The translations under genes were made by a program, and so were the position numbers. A stretch of 64,000 bases of DNA from Lama guanicoe. Lineage: Eukaryota. Each line of letters begins with the position of its first letter. Positions within the stretch are counted from its first letter, which is position 1. Shown here piece by piece: positions 23,001 through 33,239 of this stretch. The notes beneath the pieces are model-generated. The model had not been told where the DNA came from. It searched no databases and worked only from the letters and a program-made list of their open reading frames with translations. The DNA lies in the NCBI GenBank assembly GCA_013239625.1, contig MU053758.1, positions 1,302,001-1,366,000 of the forward strand, given 5' to 3'.

Positions 23001-24693
23001 GCCTGGCATACAGTAAGTGCCATGTAAATGTTTGTGACTATTACGGCAAAGCATTTTTACACAAATGCCCCACAACAGCTCAGCAAGATTGTTATTACTT
23101 GCCCCACTTTTCAGAGGCAGGACAGAGGCTAAGTGTCTTGACCTAGGTCAGTTAGGGGTTGGCTGTACTATGTCTCCTCACTCTGATATCTGCCCACCTA
23201 CTCACACACATGGCCATACCCTGACTCAGAATCACACTCAGGCCAAGGCCTGTCCCAACAGCCACAAACACTTCTGGTCACCTCTGCCCTCACTTATACA
23301 GCTTTCCAGTTCAGTGCTAGGGTCAACCCAGCAAGAGACCCAAACACACACAGAGAAACAGTGTCCTACAGGGTCACTTATATAGTTACCTCCTGTCACT
23401 GCACGGCCAGGATGTACACAGAGTCACTCACAACCTGTATGACACGCACAAGCTCACTCACAAGGCCAAAAAGGCACTCACCGACAGACACCACCACAGC
23501 TGGGTGCATATCACGAGCACACCATTCAGGGTCACACCCACAAGCACCCGGGCTCCCTGGACCTCACCATCTCCCCCAGCTCTGTCTCCAGGTCATTCTT
23601 CTCCACGCAGAGCTTCTCATAAGCCTGGATCATCTCCCCGAGCTGTTCTTCCTGCTCCTTATTCTTCTGCAGCTGGATGGGGCCCAGAGAGGGTAGGGTG
23701 CAGCCATAGTCAGGCCCATCCTTGACTTGGGGTAGCAGAGCAGCATCCTGTGCCTCCCACCCCCACTCCCAGCAGCCAGTGGAGGGGCAGAAGGAGCTGC
23801 AGCTGGTTATAGGGAGGACCATGGCCATCTGATCAAGGAGACAGAAGGCCAGAGGCTGGAGGGGTGGGGGTGGGGGTGACAGGTTTCGGAAATGGATTGG
23901 AGCCAGGAGCTCAGGGAGGGCTTACCTCATGCTGGAACTGGTTGAGCCGTTGCTGCAGGCTGACCTTCTCCACTTCCAGCAGGGAGCCATCCTTGATTTC
24001 ATACAGAGAGAAGCCATGCTCCTCTCCAAAGTCATTGATCAGTGGGTACTGTGGATGGGACAGGCCCTTAGGAGAGCCGGTGCCTGGCCCCTAGCCCAGG
24101 CTTTAGCCTAGCTGTGTCCCCGTCCCACAACCTGCCTCAGAGTCCTTGCCTCTCCCTTCCCTCTCCAGAGAGATCTACACATCCCAGTTTCTACGGGCCT
24201 GTAGGTGTCTCCCACCAACCAGATCTTTTTTAGATCCAAGGTCCAGTGCTCCAAAGCAGATCCCTCTTGATCCCTTCCTGATTGGCACTGGGCTCTCCAG
24301 AGTTCCCATCCAGAGCAGCCACATCCTTCATGGGGGCCCCTCAAGTTCCTGAGTCTGTATCCTGACCCCTCTTTTGGTTCCCTGGAATCTCTGCTGGATC
24401 CTGAGTTCCTGCCACCCAGCGCTCCCCAACCCCTACACAAAGCCGGCCCATCATCTCCAGATTCTGACCTTGATTTCGTAGACTTTGAGGCGGCGGCGGA
24501 GGGTGGCATTCTCCCTCTCCAGGCCTCCCAACCGCTCCTTGATGTCTCCATAGGCCGTGATCAGGGCAAAGTGGGAGGCAGAACACATGTCCTCCCCCAG
24601 CGAGGGGTCTCCAGGGGCATCCAGCCACACCTCACTGGGCCCCAGGGCCTCCTGGGTCAGGATGCTGATGTCATCCTCAAACATGGACTCCAT
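10949..24693 (-). CDS. TBKBP1: TANK-binding kinase 1-binding protein 1 (SINTBAD), 9 coding exons, apparent frameshift in coding exon 8
   Basis: N-terminus MESMFEDDISILTQEALGPSEVW; coiled coils; TBK1-binding segment VNLALAYTELTEELGRLRELSSLQ; Pro-rich region; C-terminal zinc finger CPLC...HIDSH-LENSKI*. Confidence 0.97.
11640..11850 (-). mobile_element. MIR SINE
   Basis: ccaggcactgtgc...cattttgcagatgagaaaactgagg MIR core. Confidence 0.75.
12049..12742 (-). CDS. TBKBP1: TBKBP1 coding exon 8 (Pro/Ser-rich), frame break near 12541
   Basis: 5' part is in ORF 12411..12920 and 3' part in ORF 11986..12696; the 694 nt length is out of phase with the flanking exons. Confidence 0.9.
12973..13091 (-). 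CDS. TBKBP1: TBKBP1 coding exon 7 (VNLALAYTELTEE...QARSG), TBK1-binding region
   Basis: AG/GTGAGA; 119 nt. Confidence 0.95.
13960..14080 (+). mobile_element. L2 3' end fragment
   Basis: ttcctcgaaggtgggga...cagcacct...tctggtacccagtag...gaatactgaattga. Confidence 0.55.
16045..16270 (-). mobile_element. MIR SINE
   Basis: ccattt..ggatgaaaaaactgaggct...aagtcacttgcccaaagtca. Confidence 0.75.
21346..21407 (-). CDS. TBKBP1: TBKBP1 coding exon 6 (DLASNQSERDMAWVKRVGDDQ)
   Basis: AG/GTAAGT; 62 nt; translated by hand. Confidence 0.95.
21601..21776 (-). CDS. TBKBP1: TBKBP1 coding exon 5 (AGWPGTTP...QETRAQ)
   Basis: CAG|CAG tandem acceptor; donor GTAAAA; 176 nt. Confidence 0.95.
22377..22557 (-). CDS. 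TBKBP1: TBKBP1 coding exon 4 (RALVETHLR...SGLNH)
   Basis: AG/GTAAGA; 181 nt. Confidence 0.96.
22900..23150. mobile_element. Two adjacent MIR fragments in opposite orientation
   Basis: gttgtgagcattaaaatgag...gcctggcatacagtaagtgc followed by cccacttttcagaggcaggacagaggct. Confidence 0.6.
23568..23672 (-). CDS. TBKBP1: TBKBP1 coding exon 3 (LQKNKEQEE...ELGEM)
   Basis: AG/GTGAGG; 105 nt. Confidence 0.96.
23926..24048 (-). CDS. TBKBP1: TBKBP1 coding exon 2 (YPLINDFGEE...NQFQHE)
   Basis: AG/GTAAGC; 123 nt. Confidence 0.96.
24469..24693 (-). CDS. TBKBP1: TBKBP1 coding exon 1 (MESMFEDD...KVYEIK)
   Basis: gccATGG Kozak; donor GTCAGA; 225 nt; likely acceptor ctctcccag with exon starting at 24728. 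Confidence 0.96.
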
Positions 24694-25619
24694 GGCAAGG
24701 GCCTGGGCCACGGCCTGCCCTAGGCCTCCTGGGAGAGCAGGAGCAACCGTGGAGAGGGTGGCCCAGAGCTTGTCCCTGACACCTCTCGTCCTGGCCCGAG
24801 GAGCCCTGCGGCCAGCTGAGATGCAGCCTGGTCCTGCCTTCATATCCACAGCCCCCTCCCAGACTACTAAGCCTCATCTCTTCTCTGCTGCCTTTGGGGG
24901 AAGGGACTGGGACCAGGTGAAGACTTTCAGGGCTGGCAGGGGGGTGACAAGTAAAGACAAGGCCAGCAGGAGGGAAGGGCCCCTTCCAGAACTCAGGGAG
25001 ACCTGTGGACAGGAGAGGGCTACCTTCCCAGCACAGGGGCCCAGAAGGGACCTGCCTTGTCTCTCACTTCTCAGTCCCTTCTCCACCCCAGGCCTCACTT
25101 CCCCAAATACCTCTTTGCCAAGCTCCTCATGCCAGGCCTCTCTTAGGAAGGCCCAGTGCTTCTGGGAGGGTCAGCCCCACCACGGCCAGCACATCCTCTG
25201 CTGGGCCCCCGCCCAACTTCCCAGCTTCCTCCTGCAGGATCCCAGAGTTCAGAAAAAGGAAGTGCCTCCCCCAGTCACACTGAGGTTGTGGCAGCCCTCC
25301 AGGCTCTCCTCACCCCTGACCTGGGACCCACAGGAAGTCTTCTGCTAAGTGTCTGAGGGTACACAGAGGGGAAGGGGGCTCTGGGAAAGGCCTGAGCATA
25401 GGTGAAGAAAAGCTGACAAAGAATTCCTAAGCCTGTGTGCCTGCATACAAGGAAATGGGGAGCCCTGGGAGGGGGCAGGAATGACTCAGGGCTCCAGAAA
25501 GAGTAGGCGAAGGGGTGCGTATATACTTCTGGCCCTGTTTATGAATGTGTGTCTGTGGCTGGCATGTGTGGGGGGAGTGTGTGTGTCTGTGAATGGGTGT
25601 AGGTGTGTCACAGTCAATG

Positions 25620-26940
25620 AGTGCCTTTGCGGGGCTGCGGGCGGGGGTCGGATGGAGTGGAGAAGTGGCCTGGAGGCCGTGTGTGCGCGTGTGTGCACGC
25701 GTGCGTCAGCGTGTGTGAAGGGTGGGCACGTTCGGGGCTGTGTGTCACGTGAGGCACTATGGGAATGTCCGAAGTGTGTGCGCGCGCGCCAGAGCGTGTG
25801 TGTGCGTATGAGAGGGGGCTCCCGAGGTGTGAGTTGAGACAGTGGGGTCCGCGACCTCCCAAAGCCAGGCAGCAGGAGCCTGGGGTGGAGAGAGCTCAGG
25901 CCTAGGCCCCTACACTGCCCCCCATTCAGAGCCGGGGAAACGCGTGTGACCGGGTCTGAGTAAACGCGTGTTTGTAGGACTGGCCCCACCTTTAACCCTC
26001 TCCTCCCCAGGCCCATCCCTTCTCCCCCCAACTCCGCTCGCTAGTGCTCACCACACCCCCCGACCCCCGGCCCTCCACCTCGGGCCCAACCCCAAAACCT
26101 CTGTCCCCCGGGCCGCCCCGACCCGTGTTTGCTTCCTCCACATTCTCTCCTCGGCCCAGCGCCCCCATCAAGAGAGCGACGGCAGGCGGATGGGGAGGGG
26201 ATGCCTCCTCGTCCCCAGGCCCCTTCTGCGGCCCCTTTAAGAGCCGCCCTTTAAACCCCTTTAGCTCGGCCGACAGAAATTGTCGCCCCACCCCTCTCGG
26301 GGGCCGAGACCAGGCAGCCCCCTCCCCCAACGGCGGCCGGGCCCCGGGCCCCGAGTCGGCCGTCCCCGAGCCGGGAGGCGGTGCGGCCTGAGGAGAGGCG
26401 GAGGAGAGGGAAGGGGAGAATGCCGGCGGTCAACGCCGGACCCTTCCCCTCCCCGCCACCCTGGGCCAACTGCGAGCCGACCTCCTGTCCCCTCCTCCCG
26501 CCCACCCCGCCACCCCCGGGGCCCGGCCCCGGTCGCCGCTCCCCTCNNNNNNNNNNNNNNNNNNNNNNNNNNNNNNNNNNNNNNNNNNNNNNNNNNNNNN
26601 NNNNNNNNNNNNNNNNNNNNNNNNNNNNNNNNNNNNNNNNNNNNNNNNNNNNNNNNNNNNNNNNNNNNNNNNNNNNNNNNNNNNNNNNNNNNNNNNNNNN
26701 NNNNNNNNNNNNNNNNNNNNNNNNNNNTGGCGCCCTGGACCCCGCCGCGGCCACCACCACGTGGCCAGGGGCCCCCGGCCCCCGCGGTGCGGCCGGGCCT
26801 GGCAGCGCGCCCGGCGCCCACCCGCTCCCTGCCGCGCGGGCCCGCGCTCCGCGCCCCCTCCCCGACGCCTCCCAACGCAGTGTGGCGTGGCGGGGTGTGT
26901 GGGGGCGTCTGCGGACGGCGCAAGGGCTCCGGTGATGCTT
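25620..26940. promoter_or_regulatory. TBKBP1 CpG-island promoter and non-coding first exon (partly in N gap)
   Basis: Very CpG/GC-rich block 1-2 kb upstream of coding exon 1; exact TSS hidden by gap 26547-26727. Confidence 0.8.
26547..26727. other. Assembly gap in the TBKBP1 CpG island
   Basis: Seen directly. Confidence 0.99.
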
Positions 26941-28579
26941 TGGGATTTGCTTTGGGGCTGTACAGTTTGGGGGAAAGTGAGGCTCTTTATTTGGATTGTT
27001 TTGGTCTTTGCTCTTTTGAGAAGGAAAATATCAGACCTACTCTTCATTCCTCTTGGGGGAGGGGGTATTGCTCTAACAATAAATAACAACGATCGTAGGG
27101 ATCTAGCCGGAGAGATTAGAGTTAAATTAGTAACTTCTTCGGAAGTGAGCGTCAACTGAGAAAACCAAAGGTTCATTTAGGGAGGGGGACAGCTTTCCTC
27201 TCCCACACACAATCCCTTCCCCCAACACGCAGAAGCATCCACAGGCCAGCGAAATGAACAAACAACAGATTTCACCCTTTCCACATAGATTATTAGAGCA
27301 CCTGCCAAACTGCTGAGCAGGAGACACAAGTTTTTGCCACTTTCCCACTGTGTGACCTTGGGCAAGTTACTTAACCTCTCTGAATTAAACTGGAGGTAAT
27401 TCCTGACCTGGGCAACTGCGGGAGAAAAATGAGGACTAGAACTAAAGGTGCTCTATGAATCCTCAGGGGGTGTTAATAAGTCATTTTCGTTATTCCCTGA
27501 TGGGTTAAAAAACGTGGGCAGAGGCACCGTCAGCCTTGCTGCAGGTAGAGAATGATCAGGGGAAACTCTGGAGGACTCTGGCTAACCCCTGACAAGACAA
27601 CCCTGGAAGCAGGGGAGCTGAAGAGGGGGCTTTTGGTAGGCTCAGCATTTAGCTGTGAAGCCTCTGGTCTGGAGGCAGGGTTCAGGCTGCTGTGAACTTG
27701 AGCCTACCTTTTTGACTCCTGGGGGGTGGGGATGGTGAAGCTGGAAGAGGCTGGAGAATAGGTTTCTTGCTGTGAGCTTTGAAATTTAGCAGCAGCTCCC
27801 ATCTTGCCCCGCTGTAGGGAGAAGATTGGACTGAGGGGTGAGCTCCCAGGAGAGCCAGCAGAGGCTGTGTATTCTTTCTCATCAAAGAAAGGGATTCTCA
27901 TTGGCTCCCTTCCTCCCTCTCCTACTGGGTTCCCTTTGAGTCCTTCCTGCTAGTTTCTGCTCCCTTTTACAGTCCAGAACACTAGCTTTCTCTGAGCCAT
28001 GGGACAACCCACCTGCCCTCTGGATATGAAGGCTACTCAACTGGGACATCTGTCACCCCACTAATCCCGAGGGCTAGGCAGGTGTCATCTTCCTTAATAC
28101 TTCACAGATTCTTGTCCAAAGCTCTTAGAAGACCAGGCAAAAGATCAGAGGCTGGGCTTAAAGGTGTGGGGTTGTTTCTGGGGCCTCAGTGAGCATGGAC
28201 TTGGCCACCAACTGGACCTGAAACTGACTGGCAAGCCTTCCCTCACTGGAAAGCGTTAGTGGGTCCAGGTACCATCTGAGCACACACTCAATGGGATGAG
28301 TTGTCAGTTCCTGATGCTGCTGAGCTGCTCAGGGTACAGGCCTGAGTCACCCAGCAGGGCACAGCCCAATGATTTATCCTGGATTCTAGGCAGTTGATGG
28401 CAAAAGGCCAATAGAGATTATACCTAGTTCAAGTACCCCCAAAGTACCTCCCTCAAATCTGACCCTGATCTCATTGCATTCTCCCTGTTTTTGGTTCTGT
28501 TGCTCATATCAAACAGTTCTGATAGCAGGGACCATATCCCAGTCATCTTCATATCCCCAGGTGCCCTGGTAGTACCTGC

Positions 28580-28850
28580 ACTTATTTATTCAACAAAGAT
28601 TTCCTGAACACCTATTATGTGCTGGATGTTGAGAATACAGTGATGACCGTGTCTCTGAAGGACAAACATCTCTTTTGCCCTCTTTGGAGCTTATATTCTA
28701 CTAGAAGAGTCAGACCAAAAAAAAAAATAATATATATATATAGAGAGAGAGAGAGAGAAGAATGGAAGGGGTGGGATCTGCTTTAGATAAAGTAGTCAGA
28801 GCAGGTCTCTCTGATGAGGTGACATTTAAGCTAAAATCTTAAAGAGGAGG
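28580..28850 (-). mobile_element. L2 3' fragment interrupted by an A/TA/GA microsatellite
   Basis: tttattcaacaaagattt.ctgaacacctattatgtgctgg...ggagcttatattcta...gaggtgacatttaagct. Confidence 0.7.
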
Positions 28851-29711
28851 GAGTGTTCCTCATTGAATGAACAAGTGAATAATGCTGTATGACTTTGGAT
28901 TATTTACTTCACCTATCTATGCCTGTTTCTTCATCTGAGAAAACTGGATATTGATCTGAATTCCTCCTAAGAACCCATGATATTATCAGGGCTTATCATG
29001 GTAGAGACAGAAAAAGGTAACATCCAAGGGCCTGGTGAAGGGGAAGCGAGGTAGGAGGATGTGAGAGGAGAGGAGGGAACACGGTGGATATTTCTGTCTC
29101 TAGTTGTAAGATATCTCTAAATGGCGTTCACAGGCACTGTGAGAGAGGGCCCACTTCCAGTAGTTACTGGTAGGAGAGACCATGCAAAAGCAAGGCCCAA
29201 GTCACCCCTGCATATTTCTTTATTGGAAACTATCAGGGAATCTGTCTCCCACTCCCAGGACTCCTGCTCTAGAGAGAAACTCTCTCTTTCCTGTCCCATT
29301 CTTGCCTGAAAAGAGTAGGAGGAGGTGGCGTTAGTAACTGGCAAGAAGATTGAATCAAAATAAAACGCTGATGACTCAAAGAGAACCAGACAGGCTGAAA
29401 AATCGATTAGACACACATGACAGTGCAGGACCCTGGTGCCACCCTTAGCCCTCCAGTTCTAGGCTCTACAAACCCTAGACTCTAGGGTTTGCTGCAGAAC
29501 CATCCTGGGACTCCAACTGTAGCTACTGGTCTTCCATCAGATCAGAGGTTTGGGCAGTGGTGGACTCATTCCTTCACCAAATCCCCCCATTCCTGTGGAG
29601 GTTATGTACATCCTCCAAATTAGCGAAGTTTGGGTAGAAAGTTTATAACTATTTGTGCTTCATATTCTGCACAACCAAGTTCATTTCTGCTGTCTCCCAA
29701 TTAAAAGTACA

Positions 29712-30027
29712 CAGCCACACCTGATTTTACTGCGCTTCACTTTACTGCGCTTCGCAGATACTATAGTTTTTACAAACTGAAGGTCTTTGGCAACCCTGTG
29801 TTGAGCGAGTCAGTTTGCGCCATTTTTCCAACAGCATTATTTTTTAATTAAGGTATGTATGTTGTTATTTTAGACATATTACTATTGCACACTTAACAGA
29901 CTATACTGTAAATATAACTTTTCTATGCACGGGGAGACCAGAAAATTTGTGTGACTCTTTTTATTGAGATATTTGCTTTATTGTGGTGGTCTGAAAGTAA
30001 ACCCGCAGTATCTCTGATGTGTGCCTG
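29712..30027 (-). mobile_element. Internally deleted Tigger1-type (TcMar) DNA transposon
   Basis: Both Tigger1-like termini (CAGGCA.ACCT terminal inverted repeat; TTTACTGCGCTTC repeats) joined in about 315 bp; TA at the right flank. Confidence 0.8.
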
Positions 30028-30240
30028 TACTGAATTTTTGAATAATTATTATGTGCTAACCATCAGCTCTGAGTTCCATGAGGTTTTATTTGCTTCATTC
30101 ACTGCTGTATCCCCAGTACCTTCAACAGTGCCTGGCACGTACTCAGTAATAGTTGTTGATCAACTAATTAATGCACTTGTGAGGTCCTGTGCTAAGCTAA
30201 GAACTTAATACACATTTTTTCCCACTGGGATCCCTATTTT

Positions 30241-30382
30241 GTATTTATTTGCTTGCTTGCTTTTGGTGGGGGGAGGTAATTGGGTTTATTTATTTATTTT
30301 TAGAGGAGATGCTAGGGATTGAACCCAGGACCTCATGCCTGCTAAGCATGTGCTCTACCAATTGAGCTATACCTTCCCTCCT
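30241..30382 (-). mobile_element. tRNA-Ala-derived SINE (camelid Vic-1-like)
   Basis: A/B boxes (TAGCTCAATTGG, GGTTCAATCC), A-rich tail, 15-bp target-site duplication tgggatccctatttt (30226) / tgggacccctatttt (30383). Confidence 0.9.
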
Positions 30383-30965
30383 TGGGACCCCTATTTTGTA
30401 AATGAGGAATCTGATAATCAGAAAAGTTGAAGAATTTGCACAAGGTCACATTCTATAGAATTAGAATTCTATTTTGAAGGGCAGTGCTCAGAAAACAGCA
30501 GGCATTGCTCATTGCTTTGGAGAGCTTATTCAAACAAAGCCATTTTTTAATTCTTTTCCTCAGGATGGTGACAGGCTGCCCCTCTGCATCCAGAGCTCAG
30601 ACTGGGTGCCAGAGCTCAGGTGTACTTTGCTTTCAGACAAGAAGGTACATTTCACATGGAGAACTCAGCTCAGGAACTTATGTTACAGCCCAGGAGAGGG
30701 AACAGCTCAGGCCTCCTGCCTGCACTGCACTGCCCAGGATCAGCTGACTGTGCTGGGGTAATTCAAATGTGGAGCTTACTCAGCAGCCTGTGGCCTTTCG
30801 GGCCGCTAGGCACCAATGTCCACCCTGCCTCCCAGCCCTGGTTCCCAAAAGCTTCTAGCTCAGAGGGAAAATGAAGAAGTGCAGGGAGATGATTCAAACC
30901 CCAGGTGGGAGGAAAAGTTGACTTTAGGGAAATATGTCACCCCCATCCTTGAATTAAGAGTTTGA

Positions 30966-31078
30966 GGGGGAGGGTATAGCTCAGTGGTAGAGCACATGCT
31001 TGACATGCACGAGGTCTTGGGTTCAATCCCCAATACCTCCATTAAATACATACATACATACATAAATACATAAATAAC
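30966..31078 (+). mobile_element. tRNA-Ala-derived SINE (Vic-1-like)
   Basis: GGGGAGGGTATAGCTCAGTGGTAGAGC...GGTTCAATCCCC followed by (TACA/TAAA)n tail. Confidence 0.88.
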
Positions 31079-31227
31079 TTTAGAAAAGGGTGTGTGTGTG
31101 CTCGATAGCTGCCAAAAGGTTAACAATGGAGCTCACTATAGAATTAAGGCAAAATGGCTTTGCCATTTAATTCCAAAACCCCTTCATCTAGAGCTCTCCC
31201 TGTTTGTTACCTGTCAGCTTGCTGGGA

Positions 31228-31289
31228 GCAGAGGCTCATCTGTTCATCCTCTCACCCGCGCAGAGGCTCATCTGTTCATCCTCTCACCC
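31228..31289. repeat. Perfect 30-bp direct duplication with 32-bp period
   Basis: gcagaggctcatctgttcatcctctcaccc at 31228 and 31260. Confidence 0.95.
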
Positions 31290-31729
31290 ACATACCACAC
31301 AGCCTGTAACAGCCCAGTGGGACAAGCAAGCCTGCGGAGTCGGCACTGTTCTGGAAACCTGCAGGACTCTGGGCAAGGGGCTTGGCCCTTACGTGCTTCT
31401 TTCCTCATCTGTGAACTAGGACTAAAATGGTGCCTTTGTTACAGTGTCGATGAGGGTTACTTTTATTAACTATACGTAAGATGCTTATTACAAGCCTAGC
31501 ATCAGGTTAGTACATAAAATCAGCATCATATAATGACTAATCCTGTTCCCATTCCTTCAATTAACCCAAGGTTAAGAGGCTAGCCTGAAGTCATCCAGCA
31601 AATGAGGAGGGTAAGAGCCAGGAGCCCGTCTCTTGAGGCCCTGTCATTCCCAGGTTTCTGGATGCTCTGCCCTTCAAAGGCTAAGTGATGCCATTTCAGG
31701 AACTCCTTGAACTGTACCGACATGTCATT

Positions 31730-31875
31730 AGTTCAACAAATATTTATTGAAGATCTACTGTATGTCAGGCTCTGCTCTAGGTTGGGGATACAATAGAAAA
31801 TAAGACAGTCAAGGTCACCAAATTTGGGAGCCTTCATTATAGTTGGGAAAACTGGCAATAAGTAAGCAACAAACA
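31730..31875 (-). mobile_element. L2 3' fragment
   Basis: ttcaacaaatatttattga...tactgtatgtcaggctctgctctagg. Confidence 0.7.
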
Positions 31876-33239
31876 TGCTTTTAGACAGTGCCACAAAGGG
31901 CTGGGAATGGGTGGTATATCATGAATACGTACAGCACGGACCCTTGCTCTGTATCGCTAAGATACTGACAGCAGCTGTCTAGGATAAATGTGAGAAAAGC
32001 TTGAATTTTGGAATCGAATAGACCTTGGTTTGAATTCAAGCTCCCATGTGACCTGGGTTGGCAAATCAATCTTTCTGCCCCTCATTCCTCATCAGTAAAA
32101 TGGGAATAGTGACAAGGTGGTTGTGAGAATTAAGATGAAATCAAACATAAAATCTTCTCAGTGTTGACTGTTTTTCACATCAGGCAGGTCAAGCTGGAGT
32201 CCTTGATGAGGCCAGGTGGAACTGTAACCTTGTGCTGTGTTCTTTTTCAGTGTGTGTTGGGGAGAGGGGTATATGGGAATGGGGAATTACCTACAGAACT
32301 GTTAAAAAAGAAAAAAAAATTCTTAGGAGCAGTTCCTCCTTACCATTTGATAATGAATTGATTCCATTCTTTCCTCCAAGTATACAGCCAATGGAGAAAT
32401 GTTGCCATCACTCAAAATTTAATGCAGTCTAGTAAGAATTACAAGTTACCCTCTATGACCCAGGAATCTCCAAAGTTGGGTACAGAAATAAAATATTAGA
32501 ACTCCTATTTATATTTATTTTTCATATAGTCACTTTTTAATATCTATTTTTGTGTCTTGATTACACAATATATGGGTACAGAAGTACAGGTATATAATTT
32601 ATCAACACATGGGGGTATGCATGATCAAAACTTTCTTACTGACAGGGATTTGCAGTCATAAATGGTGAAAGGCCACATGGAGGCTAAGGTAGGAAAATGA
32701 AGGTCAGCCCTCATTTTACTTGCCCAACATAAACTAAGAAAGTGCATTTCTCATAAAGTAGCCTGCAGGCGTCACTGTACTAACAAACAGCAGGGTGAAG
32801 GAAAGGACTCAGTTTCTTAAATCCCAAGTTAGTGTTCTTTCCTCTCCAAGTTTCTAGGGGAAAGAAAAGTGGATGTAGAAATTAAATACACGCTGCAAAC
32901 TAAGTAAAAAGCCAACCTTTGGATGAGCCATTAAACAGACCAGATCATTAGCCTAAAAAATATGCACAAGACAGAGGACAACCTCCAGCAGTTTCAGAAT
33001 CACTCTGGACAGGAAACCGCCTCCATGTAGTCCTTTTTCACTACCTCATTTGTAGGAAATTGTTTTCCATTCATTTCCCACTACACTACATAGAGTCCAT
33101 TTTTAAGACAGATGTGTCCTTCGTCTCCCCAGGTCACACACACATCTATCACCACACGCTCCAGCTTCTTTCAAGCCACTCACTTCACCTACAAGGAGGT
33201 GACACCATCTGGAACCAAAAATGAAGCGGCAAAATGTTG

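Noticed and set aside
10949..24693. Calling TBKBP1 a pseudogene
   Set aside because: All splice sites and the other exons are intact; the single frame break sits in an error-prone GC-rich repeat.
24557..25348. 263-aa plus-strand ORF
   Set aside because: Antisense to TBKBP1 coding exon 1 and intron 1; no recognisable protein.
26251..27176. Long ORFs spanning the TBKBP1 promoter gap
   Set aside because: They stay open only because of N runs and extreme GC content.
30966..31043. tRNA-like cloverleaf with apparent GAC anticodon
   Set aside because: It is the head of a SINE with a simple-repeat A tail and three diverged sibling copies in the window, not a tRNA gene.
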